Source of the DNA: Diplonema japonicum
Lineage: Eukaryota; Protista; Euglenozoa: Diplonemea
Length of the DNA stretch: 64,000 bases
NCBI GenBank assembly: GCA_964019335.1
Contig: OZ025738.1
Location: 62,001 to 126,000 of the forward strand
Direction of reading: 5' to 3'
The notes under the pieces are model-generated. The model worked only from the letters and a program-made list of their open reading frames with translations. It had not been told where the DNA came from and ran no database searches. Numbering within the stretch: position 1 is the stretch's first letter; every line of letters starts with the position of its first letter. A program made the position numbers and the translations under genes. Positions 10,534 through 22,600 of this stretch are shown here, piece by piece.

Positions 10534-13500
10534 TTACTCTGTGTTGCTGTTTTGTGTCACGTCACCGTCGCTGAGAGCCTTCTTCACATCTGCCTTTCCC
10601 TCCGTGATGAGGATGTGTAATGCGTCGGTGTGTCCGTTACTAGCCGCTCTGCTATACGGGGTAATACCGTAGTTGTTGGCCCTGTTCACATCTGCCCTTC
10701 CTTCCGCGATGAGGACACGTAATGAGTCAGTGTGTCCATTATGAGCCGCCATAAAACACGGGGTAATACTGTCTATGTTGGCCCTGTTCACATCTGCCCT
10801 CCCCTCCGTGATGAGGATACGTAATGAGTCAGCGTGTCCATTCTGAGCCGCAACGAAACACGGGGTAATACCGTCGTTGTCGGCCTTGTTCACATCTGCC
10901 TTCCCCTCCTTGATGAGGATACGTAATGAGTCAGTGTGTCCATTCTGAGCCGCCATAAAACACGGAGTAATACTGTCTATGTCGGCCTTGTTCACATCTG
11001 CCTTCCCCTCCGTGATGAGGATACGTAATGAGTCAGTGTGTCCATTCTGTGCCGCAACGAAACACGGGGTAAAACTGTCGTTGTCAGCCTTGTTCACATC
11101 TGCCTTCCCCTCCATGATGAGGATACGTAATGAGTCAGCGTGTCCATTCTCAGCCGCAACGAAACACGGGGTAATACTGTCGTTGTCGGCCTTGTTCACA
11201 TCTGCCTTCCCCTCCATGATGAGGACACGTAATGAGTCAGCGTGTCCATTCTGTGCCGCAACGAAACACGGGGTAATACCGTCGTTGTTGGCCTTGTTCA
11301 CATCTGCCTTTCCTTCAGTGATAAGGATACGTAATGAGTCAGCGTATCCATTATAAGCCGCTATGTAACACGGGGTGGCACTGTCGTTGTTGGCCCTGTT
11401 CACATCTGCCTTCCCCTCCGTGATGAGGATGCGTAATTCGTCAGCATGTCCACTATGAGCAGCAATGAAACACGGGGTAGTACCGTCGTTTTCTGCCTTG
11501 TCCACATCTGCCTTTCCCTCCGTGATGAGGATACGTAATGAGTCAGCGTGTCCACTTCGAGCCGCCATGAAGCACGGGGTAGTATCGTCGTTGTTGGCCT
11601 TGTTCACGTCAACCTTTCCCTCCGTGATGAGGATACGTAATACGTCAGCGTGTCCATTCTGAGCCGCAATGAGACACGGGGTAGCACCGTTGCTGTTGGC
11701 CTTGTTCACATCTGCCCTTCCTTCCGTGATGAGGATACGTAATGAGTCAGCGTGTCCATTCTGAGCCGCAACGAAACACGGGGTACTACCGTCGTTGTAG
11801 GCCTTGTTCACATCTGCCTTTCCTTCCATGATGAGGATGCGTAACGCGTCAGCGTGTCCATTCTGTGCCGCAACGAAACACGGGGTAATACTGTCGTTGT
11901 CGGCCTTGTTCACATCTGCCTTTCCTTCCGTGATGAGGATACGTAATGAGTCAGCGTGTCCATTATAAGCCGCTATGAAACACGGGGTAGCACCGTCGTC
12001 TTCTGCCTTGTTCACATCAACTTTTCCCTCCATGATGAGGATACGTAATGTGTCAACGTGTCCATTCTGAGCCGCCATGAAACACGGGGTAAAACTGTCG
12101 TTGTTCACATCTGCCTTTCCTTCCGTGATGAGGACGTGTAATGAGTCAGCGTGTCCATTCTGAGCCGCTATGTAACACGGGGTAATACTGTCGCAATCGG
12201 CCTTGTTCACATCTGCCTTCCCCTCCGTGATGAGGACACGTAATGAGTCAGCGTGCCCATTCTGAGCCGCAACGAAACACGGGGTAATACTGTCGCAACT
12301 GGCGTTCACATCTGCCTTCCCCTCCGTGATGAGGATACGCAATGCGTCAGCGTCTCCATTCTGAGCCGCCATGAAACACGGGGTAGTACTGTCGTTGTTG
12401 GCCTTGTTCACATTTGCCTTTCCCTCCGTGATGAGGATACGTAATGAGTCAGCGTGTCCATTCTGAGCCGCCATGAAACACGGGGTAGTACCGTTGTTTC
12501 TTGCCTTGTCCACATCTGCCTTTCCTTCAGTGATGAGGACACGCAGTGAGTCAGCGTGTCCATTATCAGCCGCAACGAAACACGGGGAAATATTGTTGCA
12601 ACCGGCCTTGTTCACATCTGCCTTTCCCTCCATGATAAGGATACGTAATGGGTCAGCGTGCCCATTCTGAGCCGCCACCATACACGGGGTAGTACCGTCG
12701 TTGTTGGCCTTGTTCACATCTGCCTTTCCCTCCGTGATGAGGATACGTAATGAGTCAGCGTGTCCATTCTGAGCCGCCATGAAACACGGGGTAGCACCGC
12801 GGCTGTCGGCCTTGTTCACATCTGCCTTTCCTTCAGTGATGAGGATACGTAATGAGTCAGCGTGCCCATTCTGAGCCGCAATGAAACACGGGGTAATATT
12901 GTCGCAAGCGTCCTTGTTCACATCTGCCCTCCCCTCCATGATGAGGATACGTAATGAGTCAGCGTGTCCATTCTGAGCCGCCATGAAACACGGGGTAGTA
13001 CCGTTGCTGTTGGCCTTGTTCACATCTGCCTTTCCCTCCGTGATGAGGATGCGTAATGAGTCAGCGTGCCCACTATGAGCCGCTATGAAACACGGGGTAA
13101 TACTGTATATGTCAGCCTTGTTCACATCAACCTTTCCTTCAGTGATGAGGATGCGCAATGCGTCCACGCAGTCGCGTTCAGCGGCAACAGAGCACGCAGT
13201 GCCGCCAAACGCATCCACCGTATCCGCCGCCAGCCTCCCAGAGAGGAGGACATCCTTCAGAAGGTCAGCCCGATTCCTTGCGGCCGCCGCATGAAGCACT
13301 GTCCACCCTTGACGCGGTCCCTCTTCCTCGTTCGCTCCCCAAAACCTGTCGCCGAGCACCTGCACCACCTTGTCGAATACAGCCCGCTTGCAAGAACACG
13401 CAAGAAGCCCGACACCCGCTGTGTGAAGTTCCTTTGGTACCCCAGCAAGGTCCGCTCCCTTGCTCAGCAGAACTACCGCACTCTTCTCGTGGCTCCTGTC

Positions 13501-14901
13501 CTTGTTCATCCGCAACACTGCTGAGAGCGAAGCGTTCAGAGCCTCAGAGTGAGCTGTGGGTGACAGGGACAGGTTGGCACAGCACAGCGACACCACCTGC
13601 TCGTTGTGCTCCAACTCTGCCGCCTCCTGAAGAACCGTCTTGCCGACTTCCACAACAGGCATTGTCGTGCTGAGCGGGTAGTCTACAAACCTTCCTTCAC
13701 GTGTCACCGGATGGAGTTCAAAGCTTCTATTTATCGTGAGATTCGTCTTGATCGTATGGAGGAGCTTCGCGTTGCGGACACGCTCCACCTGTGTCATGAC
13801 GTCTCCAAGCCTGCCCCAGTGATGGAAGTCGATTTCGTGCAGCTCCACCACAACCACGCGACGCATGCTTGTGTCGAGAGCCACCTCCAGCAGACGCATC
13901 ACACCGATGTCAGGGCGCCCCACCACCCGGAACTGGGTGTTCGCTGCGATCAGAACCTCCTTCTCCTCGGGGTACATGCTGAACCGAGCGATGCTCCGCC
14001 CAGTCTTAACCCGAAGAATGAGGATCGTCCCCTGAACCTCTTCGTCCCGACCGCCGCCACGCGTCTTCCCAAGGAAGTCCTTCACCACCCCAGGGCTCTC
14101 AGTTGCACTCGTGGGGTGCGGCATCGTCACCACCGCCCCCATAGAGTACAGCGACTCACTCACCCGGAAGTCAATTGCACGGAACACGGTCCCCTCGTAC
14201 TTCGGCTGCGACATCATTGCTCGGTGCAGGGAATAGGCGAAGTCCTTCATCGGCTCATAGCGCTCCCGCTCCCCACGGAACGCCACCTCACGCATCGCCT
14301 TGTTCACCCCGTAGCACAAGGGGCTATCCAGACTGTACAGCCGAAGGTACGGCTCCGACTTCCCCTCTACCTGCTGCACCGCCCACTCCGCAGCACCCTT
14401 CGCATCACCCTTCGCAGTCATCGCACTCCCCATCGCAGCCTCCACCGTCGCCAGCATCGGCCTTGAACACGACGCACCTTTGAAGAACTCGCTCCACCCT
14501 CGGTCCACGTCGATCTCGCCGACCCCGTCGCTGTACCGGCTCACTACTCCCTCATTCGCTGCCACCACCCTTCCTCCAGCCACCTTTTTTATTTCTCTAT
14601 TTTCTTTTTTACTTTTTCTTTATACCTTGAACGCTTTCGCCGCCTTCTGAAGCTCTTCACGCGCCTCCGACACCAGTGATGACACGCTGTCCCCCACACC
14701 GCGCTCGTTGTTGCGCTTCAGGAGCCTCTGCATCACAGCAATCACGCTGTGGCACAGTGCGTCGTGCCACTTCCCCATCGCCGTGTCCAGCTCCACCTCG
14801 ATGGTGGTGGTTGCTGTACCCCCCACGCTGCTCGCCAACTGCCCACGCAGCTGCTCCACCGCTTCCCACGCTATTTCTACAGCTCCCTCTCCCGCCGTCA
14901 T
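10534..14901 (-). CDS. ADP-ribosyltransferase (R-S-E clade)-ankyrin repeat protein; exons 14901-14626 and 14583-10534, ~1441 aa
   Basis: ART motifs VFRA, TSAT and EEKEVL at ~13920-14350, followed by an ankyrin array. A phase-0 GT..AG intron at 14625-14584 joins the 93-aa ORF to the 1349-aa ORF. Confidence 0.88.
10590..13135 (-). repeat. 25 tandem ~102-bp (34-aa) ankyrin repeats
   Basis: Consensus ADVNKAxxxxxTPCFxAAQNGHADSLRILITEGK, counted from the translation. Two units carry small in-frame deletions. Confidence 0.95.
14584..14625 (-). other. 42-nt A-rich cis-intron
   Basis: AAG|GTATAAAG...AAAAAAG|GTG. Removal deletes an in-frame TAA and keeps the frame. Confidence 0.8.
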
Positions 14902-15049
14902 GGCTTCTTCTTCTTTTTCTTGTTGATAATTGCAGGTAGGTAATCTGTGTGGATGTATGTTGTGAACATGTGAACAAACAAACTGGAGAAATAAAATGCT
15001 GAGAAGGAGGTGAGCAAGGAGAGAGGAAGATCATATCAATAAAAGACTC

Positions 15050-15365
15050 AAATCTATTTATGGTGCCCACCGTGGAGTGGAGATCCTACACGTGCCTGTC
15101 ACCATTCTGTGGTTGCACGGCCGTCGGGGTTTGCCCTTCCGTCATGGATGGCATAGGTCTAAACAAGAAAAAAACAGTAAAATAGCCACCACTGCCCTTA
15201 CGGGGCACAGGCCACGTTAGACCTGTTCGTTGCAAAAAAAAAAAAAAAAAAACTTAAAAGATGACCTTGGTTGCTTATATGCACAAGCAACTGCAGGCAC
15301 AGTCTACTTGATTACAGGGGGTGCTCCTCGCGTGCGGTGTGCAACTCAACCCTAGCAGGGCGGGA
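15050..15365 (-). mobile_element. Two short LINE 3'-end relics (family-A-like at ~15050-15160; second repeat family at ~15260-15365)
   Basis: First encodes PMPSMTEGQTPTAVQPQNGDRHV*, similar to the family A ORF2 end QPQNGDRLV*. Second shares gtctacttgattacagggggtgctcctc with ~8755 and ~32345. Confidence 0.7.
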
Positions 15366-16622
15366 CAATGACAGGTCATCAAGTTCAGCTTGCTCGAGAC
15401 TATGCAGTAGCTGCAGAAGAAGGCAAGACGAGATATGAGAGGTTGTGGAAATAGGGAACCCCTGAAAAGAAGAAGAAAAAAAGGGGGGGGGAAGGTGTTC
15501 TGCAGTCGTCAGCGTGGAGGGTGCTGGAGGGACTTTGCCTCACCTGTAAATTGTTATCTGCCAACAATCACCAAACACGTTTTGCAGGATAAACCCCCCA
15601 ACCTTACAGCAAAGACGGGTTCTGTCCTGCAAAAGGCATACCGAGCGGGTACCTCACAGCCTAGGACATATATCCCCTCATTCCTCAATGCGCTGTCCTT
15701 GAGGCTGGAGAGGCACGTCCACTAGGCTGGAGAGTACTGCCTCTGGCCAGTGGCCCCCGCGAGGTAAAGTAAAAAAAATAAGAGGGAAGGAGGGAAGGGG
15801 GGAGGAGGAAGACATTCTTTTCCTTCAGTAAGACACCTTTATCTTTCTTTCTTTCTTCGTTCTTCTTTTTTTTTTCTCTTTTTTCTTCTTCTCCTTTTTT
15901 AAGGACGTTGGTTTTTAAAAAAAAAGGGGGGGGGGGAGAGAGAGAGAGAGAGAGAAAATCCTTCGTTCGCTTGCGAACTAAACCTAAATAAACCGAAAAG
16001 ATTATAAATGGCGGCCTGTTCTTAAAATACATAAATAGATAGAAAAGAAACTCTTACAGCCCATCTTCTTTTTTCTTTCTCTTCGCATAAGCAGTTCGCG
16101 ACATATCAACATCACGAGAGCCCAAAAGGTACCTAGTGCCCTGGAACCGAGAGCATTACATAGTTCCTATGCACGGGTTCTTAGACAAGCAGGGTAAAAA
16201 AAAAAAAAAAAAACAGAAATAGAGAAGGAACAAAAAAAAAAACATAGTGCAGTATTACGGTATGTTAAAAAAAAAAAAAAGAACCTTTGGGGAATACTGA
16301 AACGAGTCCAGAAATGCAACCTAAGTTTAGGTACATTTACCGTAAAATCCGTAGACGGAGAGAGGGAGAGAAAGAGAGGGAAAGAAATAACTTCAATAGA
16401 ACCGAGTGTTCCCGTCCAGCACGTATGGGTACTTCTCAGGCCAAGAATGGCGATTCTGCTTTCTTTTTCTGAAAAAAACCGAACCAACTTAACCTCATTG
16501 GGATTACACTCCTTCCCTCCCCGACAAAAATAAAATAAAATAATTACGATCGAGAAAAAAAAAATTAAAAAACAACCACCACCCCCCCTCCCCCCGACTT
16601 GTACATTATTCTTAATCAGACA

Positions 16623-19600
16623 CTATTCCTCTGCCGCGTTGATGGTGGGCACGCTCACACTCACCTCCTCCACCATCGTGACGCGCTTCGTGAAGTACCA
16701 CTTGTATCTTGTCTCGTGCCAGTCGGGCAGGCCATACTGCTCACTCAAAGCGGATATCGATCTCCAGATGTACGCCTTCCCTCCAGCAAGTGCTACAAGT
16801 GTCTTTCCTTGCTTCTCCACATATTCAACATGTTCGAGAAGCTCTTCGCTCTGCTCAGCAGCAACCTCTTCCTTCAGGACACGCTTCCCTTCTTCACGCA
16901 TCGTCTTTGCCTCTTGTTCCCGCGTCTTGTCACATGCCGCACAAGGGAGAGGCCTGTCACCGATCCTCAGCTCAAGTGCCTCAAGGCCTATATCCCCAAC
17001 CTCGTAGTGATAAGCTTCTTTTTCTTCTAACTTCTTTCCCATTCTCTGACGCTTTGCTTTCAGCGAGAAAGTATCACCCTCCCTTGTCAGACCTAGCACC
17101 GCCGCAAACTTCGCCTTCTGATACAAACGGCTTGTCGCACCCAACTCCTGGTTGCGGACAATGAGGTCGAAGGAACCGCCCCCCTCGTCCACAAGGAGAG
17201 CCACCTTGTTCCCTGACTCTGACACTGCCACCCTGCTGATCGTTCCCAGAGAGAAGGGGGCGGCGCTCGGAATAGCCATGCTTATCACCGCATTGTTCTC
17301 CCCGACGAGGATGCAGTGAAGGTGCGTCTCTGATAAGCGGACATCCTTCACGCTGTTGACGTGCAGGTCAAGGCTTCTCGTGTACAGCCTCTTTGCCGTT
17401 TCGCGTTGCACAACCCAGCTGTGGATGGACAGGCCGTCCTTGCTCACAACAGACACCACGTCGTTGGAGGTGGTCGCCGTCGCAGGGTCGATGTCCGTGT
17501 CGATGTAGAAGGTGCTGTGTTTTCGCAGCGTCCTCGTTTCTTCAGGCAGTGTGAACACGCTGCACTCCCACCGCTTTTGTGTATCTCTGCGCCATGCCAG
17601 CACCTTGTCCACCATCGGTGTCACAGCCGACCAGACAGGGTTCTGTTCGATTTCCTCGTGCTTGTACGGATAAACCTGCTCCACAGTTCTTCTTCTATCT
17701 GACGAAACACCAGTCAACAAACTGTTAGCAGAAGGATAGTCTTCCTTGACCTCCACAATGCCAGCATGCAGCACACCAGCTTTTGTCACCCAGCATATGC
17801 CCATGTCCTTATCAGTCTTAATTATGCACATGCTTTTGGCGTTTCCTAGGCTGCTGTCTTCTATTCCTTCCTTCATTCTTAACCTCGTGTTCAACATCCA
17901 CACCATCCCATGGTCGGTGATGCCTATGATCCTGCTGGCCGCAAGTGTGCTTGTGTTGCACTCCTCTACCTTTGTCGCACGATTGTTCTTCATGTTCACG
18001 TCCACCACGTGAGGAATGCCACCCGCTACCCAGGAAACGACAAGAACGACGAACCCGTTCCTCCACACAATTCTGCTGTGAACGCTGGAGCTGCTGACAC
18101 TGTCTGGGATCTTCTGGGAAAACACAATGTCCTCACCTCCGAACCTCACCCTGTCACGGTACACCTCAGCAACATAGTCCTCGTCACTGCGACGCGTCAT
18201 GGCAGCAAAGGACACCAAGCCGGGCAAGGGGCGTGAAGTCACCTTCATCTTTCCATCTGCACCGAATTTTCCAAGGTGCGCCCTGGGGTGGCAAGTGTCC
18301 TTCAAGTCATCCTCATTAAGCAGCGTCCTATCGAATGTGTTGTCATCAAGGTGTGCCCCCTTCACGCTGACCCCACGCAAGTCCATCCCAGCAAAGGCCT
18401 CGTTTGCTGCCGACAGGATCGTCATCGCCACAGCACCAGGAACCTTGCAGAACTTTAGCTTCGACAGCTCCAAAAGGGAGTACAGAGTGTCCTTGAAACA
18501 CTTCTCCGACGCCATCTTCGCCACGTACTGCCGTAAAACCACAGGAAAGCACATCAAGTACTCCATCTTCACGTCCCAGTCCGCACATGCTGCATTGCAC
18601 GTCTGAACAAGGTACTCGGAGGCCTGCTGCTCCGACACATCAAGGGCATCCGCCACCCTCGCTTGCATCACATGACACTCCTTGCTGAATAATACACGCA
18701 CCTGTTCTTCGTGTGTTAACTCCTCCTTCTGTTTCTCGTTCAGATTCGAGAACGTCGAAACGAAGAACCTCGTGGCGCAGCGGTTCAGCGGGAACTCCAT
18801 GAGCTTGTCGCGGATGGCCCATGCTGTGAAAGCGTACTGAAGCCACATGTCGACAAAACGGAACGTCTTCTTCCCCGACGGACCCAGCACTGTCCTGAGA
18901 GGGGACGAGGCGTACATGTCACGAACGAACTGCATCCTGCGCTCTTCTTCAAGGTCAAAGGTGCTGAGATCGCACTCTTCGAGGAATAGGTCGCACCTCT
19001 TATGGTAGTGGGCGATGGTCGTCTGCTGACGTGCCATCTGAAGCGCAAGGGAACCATTGTAGTCAAACATGAGGGTCATGATGTTCCTGTCGCTCATGCT
19101 GGGGTACTTCTCGTAGAACATGTCCTTCGAGAGCATGAAGTACCTTTCTACGTTGCTTCTGAGGAAACTCAAATCAAGGACCGGCTCCTCACACAAGTCG
19201 TACATGCAGCTTCTGATTGTCTTGTGCAGAGCGCTGCTGCTGGGACTATTGCGGAAGGCGTTGACCTTGTCAAGCTTACCGAAGGTGAACGTGCCAGTAT
19301 GAGAATGGAACGTTTTAACGATAGCTATAACTATACTATGGCTGACGGGCCCTGAGAGAATGTCGTAAACGCCATGCAGACCACCCCTACCTCCATCTTT
19401 GAAAACCTCCAATAATATCTTCAAGCGGCCGAAGACAGAGATGCATGACCTCAGGTAGTTTATGTCGCTGCTGTCCTCCTTGCACCTCAACAAGATGCTA
19501 TCTAGGCATTTCTCAAAGCGGTCTGCAATGCATTGCAAGTCACTGTCGAAGCGAGGTAACCTGCAGTCGGTGAGAAACCCTACAACGGCTTCCAACTGAC

Positions 19601-22600
19601 GCGTCGTCAGACTGGAAATGAAGCAACCGACATTCTTGGAAACAAAGTCTGCTAAGTGCGACCGCTCTGTTGAGTGCTGGAGCCAGCGAATCTGCATACC
19701 TTCCGACTTGTTATCCCGCTGATCCTTCTGATCAAGACAGCCACTACTGTTCTGCTGCGTGTGCTCTTGTATTATCTGTACGCCCATGACGTCCTCTACC
19801 TGAAGACGTTCCTGTAGTACACTTAATAACCCCTCCTCCTCCTCAAGACGCTGCTCTATGTTGCCTCGAGCCTGCGTGCGACCAAGATAGCTACCCCATG
19901 AGGTCAAGCGGTCTATCGTCCGGAACTCCTCCACAGCTACTTCTTTGAGCTGTTTCCACAAGACCTCGGAGTACTCTTCAGCCGTCTTGTCAGCCTTGAG
20001 AACGCTGTCGCTTGTCCCGTCTCTAAAGGAACGAACTAATGAAAGCGACAAGACACCTTGCCTTTCGGGGTCAAGATTCGTTCCTAGGTATTTCATGAAC
20101 TTCTCGAAGACCAAGGAGACCTTGAGCATCTGCCACACCGAGGTCTTGCCAAACTCAATGATGCCCTTAGCTTCGCCAGTGTCTAGGTCTTCTATTCTCA
20201 GAACCTGGCACCTCGACATCATCTTTCCGTCCTTGTCGACACTCCCGAACAGTTCCTGGGGTGTGTACTGCAAGAATGCGACGTTCGCAGAGACAAGAAT
20301 GATGGGGTCGCCCCATTCGCTTAGAGCATTGGACTTGCGCAATATATTAAAGGTAAATTCCCTGTCGAGGTGCGAGTACCCTTCGAGGATCAACACAAGC
20401 TTGTAGTCCTCACCGCTTTTCTCTTTCAGCCTCCTGATGTTGCTGACGGTGAACCCGTATTCCTTAAGAGCCCCTTCCACCAGCTTCTCCCTTGGATCCT
20501 TCAGCTTTGGCAAGTATATGAACACAGGAACAAGATCTTGTGCCGCCTCTTCTTCCTCTTCTTTCTTTTTGTCTTTGTAACACTCCCACAGCCTCTTCTC
20601 CACAAGCCGAAGGAACTCTTCGCAGCCGCTCTGATTCCCGTCGAACACAAAGCTGTTGTCCTCTTCATGATTCTTCCAACCAAGGATCCTCTTCACAAAC
20701 CCATCCACGGTTTCAGTTTCTTTTTCTTTAGTTGTGTTGTCGCTGAAGGAGACCTTCAAAAATGAGTATTCATCGGTACGCACACGATGATGCTTCATGC
20801 GCAGGATGTCATCCTCCAGCTCCCTGTGCAGCTCCAGGTACTCGTGAATATCGCTGACATCCTTCGCGATGTCCTGAACAGCCTTCTCAATCTGTACTGC
20901 CCTGTTCAGAATGCCTGCGGTGAGAAGCATTGTGGCCCCCACCATTGTGCTTGTCCCCTCCAGGTTCCTTACGTACACGGTGATCGCCCTCTGGGCATTC
21001 TGTAGGATCTTGTCTAGGGGCTTAATTGCTTCCTTCATCACAGTCTCTCCTCGGAGTCTCAGCAGCTCGTCTACCTCGTCCAAGAGTTCTGATATCTTTT
21101 TCTTGTACTCTTTCGCCTGCGTGGGGAGGGTCATCCCCATGTAGTCCTTCATTCCTTTGAAAGACAGCGCCTCGTGGAGAGCTCCGACCACCTCTTCGCG
21201 ATCGCACAGTAGTGAGCGCGACAGCTGCTCGCTCACATCGTGTTTCTGACTGTCTGTCAGGTACCTGCCGTCCTCGAAGGCGATGACCTCGTAGCACGCC
21301 ATCACAGACCTGCACCGCAGCTTCAGCGAGGTGTTTGAGCTGGTGTCTTTGCCCAGCAGCAGGTCCGTCATTGCGGAAACAGAACCATCGATACTCTCCA
21401 GACTCTGCCCACTCTGCCCTCTTGTATCGTTGTACCACTGGTCGATCTCTCTTATGAACTCCACTGATCCCTTACCGGCCTTTTCCGCCTGATATTTCAC
21501 GGCGCCTCCTACAAGCTCTTTCGCATCCTTGATTTGCTCGGTGAGCTTCTCTGGGGACGGCCTCTCGAACGTCAAAAACTCCAGCAAGCAATCCAACAGG
21601 ACATCGGTTGCTGTTGCTGGGAACTTAACGGTGTGCGTTGCTGCTGGGTCGTTCTCAACCGGGATGCGCTGGTACCACTTCTGGTCGGCCTTACCGTAAG
21701 ATATCCTGCCGGTCCAGTCCCCTGCGGAGCGGACGACAGCACGGTTGAAAAGCAGCATTTCAGCCAAGTTTGCGATCCACAGCAGGGCGTGGGTGGGGTC
21801 GGCGTGCTTGAGGCTACCATCATGAATGACATCCTCGTGGAACGACTTAATGGCTGATGTAATGGTTTCCGCAAGACGCAGGCAGTCACCGTCTCGTTTT
21901 CTATCGGTGAGGGCCTGTACTGTATTCCGCAGAAGCTCGCACTTCACGCCGAGGGTGAAGCACTCGTAGGTGGAGAACGTGATGAACCCTTCTGCCTTGA
22001 CCTTTTCTATGATGCTTTCGATGACCTTCTTTCCGTCCTTTAAAAACTCTCCTACCTTTGAAATGGACCCAGGTAAGCCGGTAGCTATGCTGAAAACGGT
22101 TCCCCCGAACTTACAAATGGACTCTATGAGCTCATTGTCTGACTGTCCTATGACCTTCACTCCAACAGACACGATGTGGAAGTCGGTGATGGATACGACA
22201 TGGCGGCGGGCCTCGTACTTGACCTCCTCCAATTCCTTGACAAGGTTCTCCAGCTTCTTTTCATTGTGGTCCTCTGGTGGGGTGGTCTTTGCAAGGCGGA
22301 ACATGAGGAAGGCAGCTGAACGGTGCAGGTGTATGTTGTTGAAAGTGATGAGCTGCCGTTTGTCGCTCTCCATCGTGTCGGACATGAGGGAGATCTTCAG
22401 AATCTTGAGGATACCGTACACGGCCTCGTAAAGACCTTTCCATTCCTCTTCTTTAAAGGGCTTCTGCTCGACCCCAAACACATGCTCTTGCATCTTAAAC
22501 CACTTCACAAACTCTTGTGTTGCCACCCACTTGTCCCATTGTGCTACGTCCCCTCCATACCACGCCTCTTCTAGATTCGCCAGCTTCCTTGAAAGGTCTT

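Noticed and set aside
10590-13135. Regular 102-bp repeats as a CRISPR array
   Set aside because: They are in-frame ankyrin coding repeats with no unique spacers and no cas genes.
19210-20007. B-specific segment as an intron
   Set aside because: No GT-AG ends, fully open, and paralog C has coding sequence at the same position.
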